From Trypanosoma brucei (taxonomy: Eukaryota): 64,000 nt of DNA. This document shows positions 59,482 to 64,000 of this stretch, one piece after another (the first letter of the stretch is position 1; every line of letters begins with the position of its first letter). The translations under genes and the position numbers were made by a program. The stretch covers positions 544,001 through 608,000 of the forward strand of contig AL929603.2 in assembly GCA_000002445.1 (NCBI GenBank), given 5' to 3'. The notes beneath the pieces are model-generated. The model saw only the letters and a program-made list of their open reading frames with translations, searched no databases and was not told where the DNA came from.

Positions 59482-62430
59482 ATGGAGGCCAAAGCTGAGG
59501 GTTTTTGTAGTTTTCTTGTGGGGTTGAGTGGGGCTCCTGTGAATTCGAAGGAACTTAAATCAGCTTTGGAAAAGGGGGATATGAAGGCACGTGCGTCCGC
59601 TCTTGAGGCATTGATCCGGATGCATCTTAACGGCGAACCGCAAAATCATATGATCATGACTGTAATCAAGTTTATCACTCCGCTTGATGATCATTATATT
59701 AAGAAGCTTGTTTTATATTTCTGGGAAGTGGTAGACAAAACCGATGCGAGTGGTAAGCTGCTGAGTGAAATGATTCTTATTTGCTCGTTTCTGCGAGAGG
59801 ACCTGCTTCATCCCAATGAGTACATCCGGGGCCTTGCGTTGCGGTTCATGTGCAAAGTAAAGGAAAGGGAGCTGGTGGAACCGCTTGTGTCGTCGGTGGT
59901 GCAGAATTTAACGCACCGTGTTACATATGTGCGCAGAAATGCTGTTCTCGCCGTGCATAGGATCTTTAAGAGGTTCCCCGAGTTGCTCCCGGATGCAGCT
60001 GAGCTTGTCGAGAAGTTTATTAGCGAGGAAAACGACGTATCGGCCAGTAGGAACGCGTTTGAAATGTTGGTGGAATGTTCGCCCGATCGGGTTGTAAAGT
60101 TTTTGGCAGAGTTGCGGGAGTCAAAGAATTTGGAGAGTCTGGGAGCGACCTTGCAAATGTCCATTGTGGATTTTGCAGGGCACATGATACGGGCGAATCC
60201 TTATGACAAAGGGAGATATGTTACGGTACTCTTTAGCATACTTCAATCAAACAATCCAGCGGTGCGCTATCAGTGTGCCTCAACGCTTCTAAGCATCTCA
60301 ACTTCCCCAACAGCTATTCGCCAGGCGGCGTTAACGTTTATTGATTTGCTCAAGACGCACACTGATATCAGTGTGCGTCTGATTGTGGTGGATCAGCTCG
60401 ATGCAATGCGGGAGAGGTTCAGCAAGATTCTACAGGATTCTCTGCTAGACATTTTGAGCGTTCTGGCCAACGGCACGATGGAAATTCGAAAGCGGATAGT
60501 AACACTTGGAGTGGAGCTCGTCTCCAATCAAAACAGTGAGGTGTTCGTGCAGGCGATTAAGAAGGAACTTTACTGGGTTAAAAATGAGTGTGATGTTGAT
60601 GACAAAGAGTCTTTGCTCGAGTACAAGAAGTTATTGATACGCGCTACCCGCACAGCGGTGGCTCGGCGGCCGCACATGGCATCAGCAGTGATACCTTTGG
60701 TCCTGGAGTACCTGTATGAGGAAGATGACTCGGGGTTTGAAGTCGTTTCTCTCATTCGAGAAGTTCTGCAGTTACAACCTTCGCTACGTAGCGAAACATT
60801 GAGACAGCTCAGGCAGACGCTCCGTATGATTCGGTGCCCATCAGTAATTCGCACGGTGTTGTGGTTGCTCGGCACACATGTGACATCAGCAGACGACGCA
60901 TTGGAGGTTATCAGACTCCTCATCAATACTTTGGAACCATTACCCCTAGAGCCCACCGTTAAAGAACAGATGAAACAACAAGAGGACTTCGACAGTCACA
61001 AGGGGGGGCAACAGAAGCCCCGTATGCAGATGACCACGATCGTGCAGGAAGATGGCACGTACGTGATGTCGTCTGTACCCTCCAATAAAACTCAGGAAGA
61101 CGCGGAGGGTAATGATTCGAACTGTGGTCTGCGGGGGGTGCTTACGGGAGGAAAGTTTTTCATTGCGGCACCGCTTGCCAGTACGCTCTCTAAACTTATC
61201 ATTCGCCTGTTCAACCACCACAGCAGCGGTGTGGACGAGAGCACCATGAAGGAAGCGCAAAATAGCGCCATCATGCTGCTCAACGAAGTACTTCGTTTTT
61301 GCACGATGGATGGGGCGGCTGGTATGATTGATGATGCCACCCACGAGCAAATACGGCTCGCACTCCTTAACATTACTAATCCCCGATCGCCGCTTCTTGC
61401 GACTTTTGTAGAGGATTCTTCAAAGGCACTCGACTCACTGACGAATAAGGTGGGGTCCATTGCGGGCGGTGATGGGTTCGATTTTAACAAAAGAAACAAT
61501 GATAATGTTGTTGGTAGGACCTCGTTCGATGAGCAGCAAGTGGCGTTGTGCAGCGTGGACACACCTGTCATGTTCACACAAATCATGGAAGGAAAGGGAT
61601 CGCTGCTAGAGCTGGAAGCCGTGGACGACTTGGGGTCCGTCGTGGCAAACGCATCTATCGAAAAGACGGAAGAATTCCTTATAAAACTTGAGAAGACGGT
61701 CCCCTTGTCTGGTTTCTGTGATCCGTTATATTGTGAAGCCTCAGTCACGGTGCATCAGTTCGATATAACTGTGGACTGGTACATTGCAAACTGCACAGCA
61801 AACGTCTTGCGAGATGTCTCGATTGAGTTGACGCCACTTGGCAGCATGAAGCTTTGTGAAAGACCACAAGTCCACACCATACAGCCCCACGGTTCTGTTA
61901 GGATCCGCACGGCGCTCAAGGTGGGTAGCCCCGAGACCGGCGTCATATGCGCTAGTGTTTTGTATGAGGGTCCCCAGAACGAGCGGGGTTGTGTTGTTCT
62001 GAACAACGTCCGCGTCGACATTATGAACTATGTTAGACCTGCCAAATGCAGTGCATCAGAATTCCGGGACAAGTGGTGCAAGTACGACTGGGAAAATGCT
62101 GTTGCAATCAGAACAGAAAAAACAGATATGCGTGAGTACGTGGAGTATGTGATGCAAGGGACAAACACGCGGTTGTTGGAGCCCTATCCAGAGGAAGACG
62201 ACGAGGTGGTTTCTGCATTTGATGGGAAAGGTGACAATGGTCACCGCTACGTGTCTTGCAATATGTACGCCCGCACGCTATTCGGTGATGACGCTCTGCT
62301 GAATGTGTCCATTGAGCGTGACGCGGAGGGAAAACTTAGCGGAATGGTGCGAGTCCGTGCTAACAAGCGGCCTGTTGCCTACGGTTTTGGTGAGAAGCTC
62401 AATATACTGAATCGACGTATAGTGTCATAA
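59482..62430 (+). CDS. Coatomer beta subunit (beta-COP), ~982 aa from the Met at 59482. The six-frame ORF starts at 59401.
   Basis: N-terminal adaptin/HEAT-like region (…KKLVLYFWEVVDKTD…, LREDLLHPNEYIRGLALRFMCKV, RRNAVLAVHRIF) and a C-terminal beta-COP-like appendage. Length and architecture fit COPI beta. The upstream 27 aa are hydrophobic and low-complexity, so likely UTR. Confidence 0.75.
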   Translation: MEAKAEGFCSFLVGLSGAPVNSKELKSALEKGDMKARASALEALIRMHLNGEPQNHMIMTVIKFITPLDDHYIKKLVLYFWEVVDKTDASGKLLSEMILICSFLREDLLHPNEYIRGLALRFMCKVKERELVEPLVSSVVQNLTHRVTYVRRNAVLAVHRIFKRFPELLPDAAELVEKFISEENDVSASRNAFEMLVECSPDRVVKFLAELRESKNLESLGATLQMSIVDFAGHMIRANPYDKGRYVTVLFSILQSNNPAVRYQCASTLLSISTSPTAIRQAALTFIDLLKTHTDISVRLIVVDQLDAMRERFSKILQDSLLDILSVLANGTMEIRKRIVTLGVELVSNQNSEVFVQAIKKELYWVKNECDVDDKESLLEYKKLLIRATRTAVARRPHMASAVIPLVLEYLYEEDDSGFEVVSLIREVLQLQPSLRSETLRQLRQTLRMIRCPSVIRTVLWLLGTHVTSADDALEVIRLLINTLEPLPLEPTVKEQMKQQEDFDSHKGGQQKPRMQMTTIVQEDGTYVMSSVPSNKTQEDAEGNDSNCGLRGVLTGGKFFIAAPLASTLSKLIIRLFNHHSSGVDESTMKEAQNSAIMLLNEVLRFCTMDGAAGMIDDATHEQIRLALLNITNPRSPLLATFVEDSSKALDSLTNKVGSIAGGDGFDFNKRNNDNVVGRTSFDEQQVALCSVDTPVMFTQIMEGKGSLLELEAVDDLGSVVANASIEKTEEFLIKLEKTVPLSGFCDPLYCEASVTVHQFDITVDWYIANCTANVLRDVSIELTPLGSMKLCERPQVHTIQPHGSVRIRTALKVGSPETGVICASVLYEGPQNERGCVVLNNVRVDIMNYVRPAKCSASEFRDKWCKYDWENAVAIRTEKTDMREYVEYVMQGTNTRLLEPYPEEDDEVVSAFDGKGDNGHRYVSCNMYARTLFGDDALLNVSIERDAEGKLSGMVRVRANKRPVAYGFGEKLNILNRRIVS

Positions 62431-63177
62431 CTCTCCTCTGCATGTTGGTCGTTGCTGTTACTGCTGTTCTATTTGTTCATTCCTCGCCCCGAACTGCAGG
62501 ACGCGGCGTTACCACAGCGGAATCCGTACAAGCGTGAATTATATAAAATGCGTTGCCCGAGTATATCACCCTGTCATATTGAGAATTGAGCGTGTGAGGT
62601 GCCGCAGCGGCCCCGGGTGTGAGTAACGAGGAAGGTGAGGGGAAAACATGAGGAAAAAAAAACGTAGAGATGAGACAGGGCAAATAAATGAATTAGAATA
62701 AGAGAAGAAACATACGTGTGTGAGTGTGGAGGGAAGCGATGGTGAAGGTAGCGACAAAAAAGGCAAAAATGAGACCTGAGACAAGGAGAGGAGTAGGGAT
62801 ACCGAGAGTTTCAATCCATTAAAAGTGCATCACGTAGTATGGAGCAATGAGGGAAAACGTGGAATGGAAAGGGAAGGGAAGGGGTCTGGGTAAAAAAAGG
62901 TAAGCATGCGCTCGTTTATTCCTCTTACCCCGTGTCATTTGGTGTCACCATCCCCTGATTTACAATCTCTTTTGTACATATATATATATGTGTATGTGTT
63001 CTGGTGCTCTAAAAGTTTCTTTTCCACACATCTAATGTCCTGAGAGGCAATGAAGGTCTAATGCATCCACCGTCTCCTGACCGTTCCCCTTTATTTGCCC
63101 GTTCATACGCTCGTTATTATTCACTTTTTTTCTATTGTGCTCGGTTAGCCATTTTGCCCTTTTCTTGCTCTGTGACC

Positions 63178-63181
<4 letters not shown>

Positions 63182-63210
<29 letters not shown>
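63182..63210. repeat. (TA)14 microsatellite.
   Basis: Direct read. Confidence 0.9.
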
Positions 63211-63213
<3 letters not shown>

Positions 63214-63401
63214 CCGGTAGCGTAAGTCTGTGCAGCTCCCGTGGCGACTTTTCTGGTTTTCCTCTGCGGTTTCTCTTTACAGTTTTACATCCCTCTTTCC
63301 TTTCCTTATTTTTCCTTTTTGTGGGGGGGTTGTTGCATTATTATTATTATTATCATTTTGTGTGCATGTGTATTGAGCGTCGGCATAACCGTTAGCACAG
63401 A

Positions 63402-64000
63402 ATGCAGTTTGGCCCTGTTGTCAGTGAGGCGGAAATACGGACGGTGCAGGACGGCATTGCAAACGGTGTTCGCAGTGACGGCCGATCCCTTACGCAGCGC
63501 CGTCCCTTCACCGTTGTGACTAACCGCGGCTCAACCACACATTTTGAAGGCAGTAGTGTTGAGGTGCATTGCGATGGTACCACTGTTGTGGCCGCTGCAA
63601 CACCGTCAGTTGTGGAACTGGACATCGACCGCGGCCAGGCACCGCGTGGCTCATTGTTTGTCAACATCGATGCCGTTCCCGCTGTGGTGGAGCATTACGC
63701 GCAATCGGTGCGAAATAACAGCGCCCGCTACCGTCAAGCCTTCCTTTCCTTCTTAGCAACGGCCATCCGTCAAACGTTCGGGGCACAAGGCGTTACGGCT
63801 GAGGAGCGGCAGCAGCAACTGGGAATTGCGGAGGCGGAGATTATTGCTGATGAGGGAGATGATGAACAAAGGGAGGATGCCTTCGGGGGAAGAGGCGCAG
63901 CAGAGGAGAAGCCGGTGGAAGAGACTGCGGAACAACGGGTGGATTGTTGCGGATTTCCCGGTGAACAATTGTATATTGGAGGGGGATATGCTTTTCGTAT
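63402..64000 (+). CDS. Partial ORF (N-terminal ~199 aa, continuing beyond the window): RNase PH-like domain protein, possibly an exosome RRP42/45-type subunit.
   Basis: 'RSDGRSLTQRRPFTVVTNRGSTTHFEGSSVEVHCDGTTVVAAAT' resembles the RNase PH family N-terminal core (R.DGR...R...G.ADGSA...G.T.V...V). There is no stop before the window end. It is not in the ORF track because it is open-ended. Confidence 0.35.
   Translation, partial: MQFGPVVSEAEIRTVQDGIANGVRSDGRSLTQRRPFTVVTNRGSTTHFEGSSVEVHCDGTTVVAAATPSVVELDIDRGQAPRGSLFVNIDAVPAVVEHYAQSVRNNSARYRQAFLSFLATAIRQTFGAQGVTAEERQQQLGIAEAEIIADEGDDEQREDAFGGRGAAEEKPVEETAEQRVDCCGFPGEQLYIGGGYAFR

Overview
This 64-kb window looks like a trypanosomatid (Trypanosoma brucei-type) core chromosomal region. 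It matches what is known for T. brucei chromosome 1, where the alpha/beta-tubulin array and the histone H3 array lie next to each other. Every supported gene is on the + strand, consistent with a single polycistronic transcription unit.

**Gene content, 5' to 3'**
- Bases 1-9000 are AT- and pyrimidine-rich spacer with microsatellites. They carry two small dually acylated (MG/MGC N-terminus) calpain-domain-I-like genes of the SKCRP type.
- A 1763-aa ORF has a Raptor-like N-terminal caspase-like (RNC) domain and C-terminal WD40 repeats.
- A NAP/SET-like histone chaperone with a poly-Asp tail follows.
- Two more SKCRP paralogs follow, with mosaic near-identity to each other.
- Next is a tryparedoxin-fold protein lacking the CPPC active site.
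- A head-to-tail tubulin array of 3642-bp units follows: beta-alpha ×4, then a fifth beta copy truncated at codon ~300.
- The truncation is an insertion of a full-length (~5.2 kb) but frameshift-degenerate ingi-type non-LTR retrotransposon, flanked by a 12-bp target-site duplication (AAAAACATGATG).
- Directly after it is a ~1-kb 3'-truncated ingi 5' fragment with an inverted 5' terminus.
- Seven tandem histone H3 genes follow, in units of ~1.58-1.59 kb.
- A coatomer beta (beta-COP) gene follows.
- A partial RNase-PH-like ORF (possibly an exosome subunit) runs off the window end.

**Assessment**
I see no strong evidence for a wholly novel system. The most interesting structures are the retroelement junction between the two gene arrays, the mosaic variant pattern within the arrays, and the degenerate-active-site tryparedoxin-like protein.
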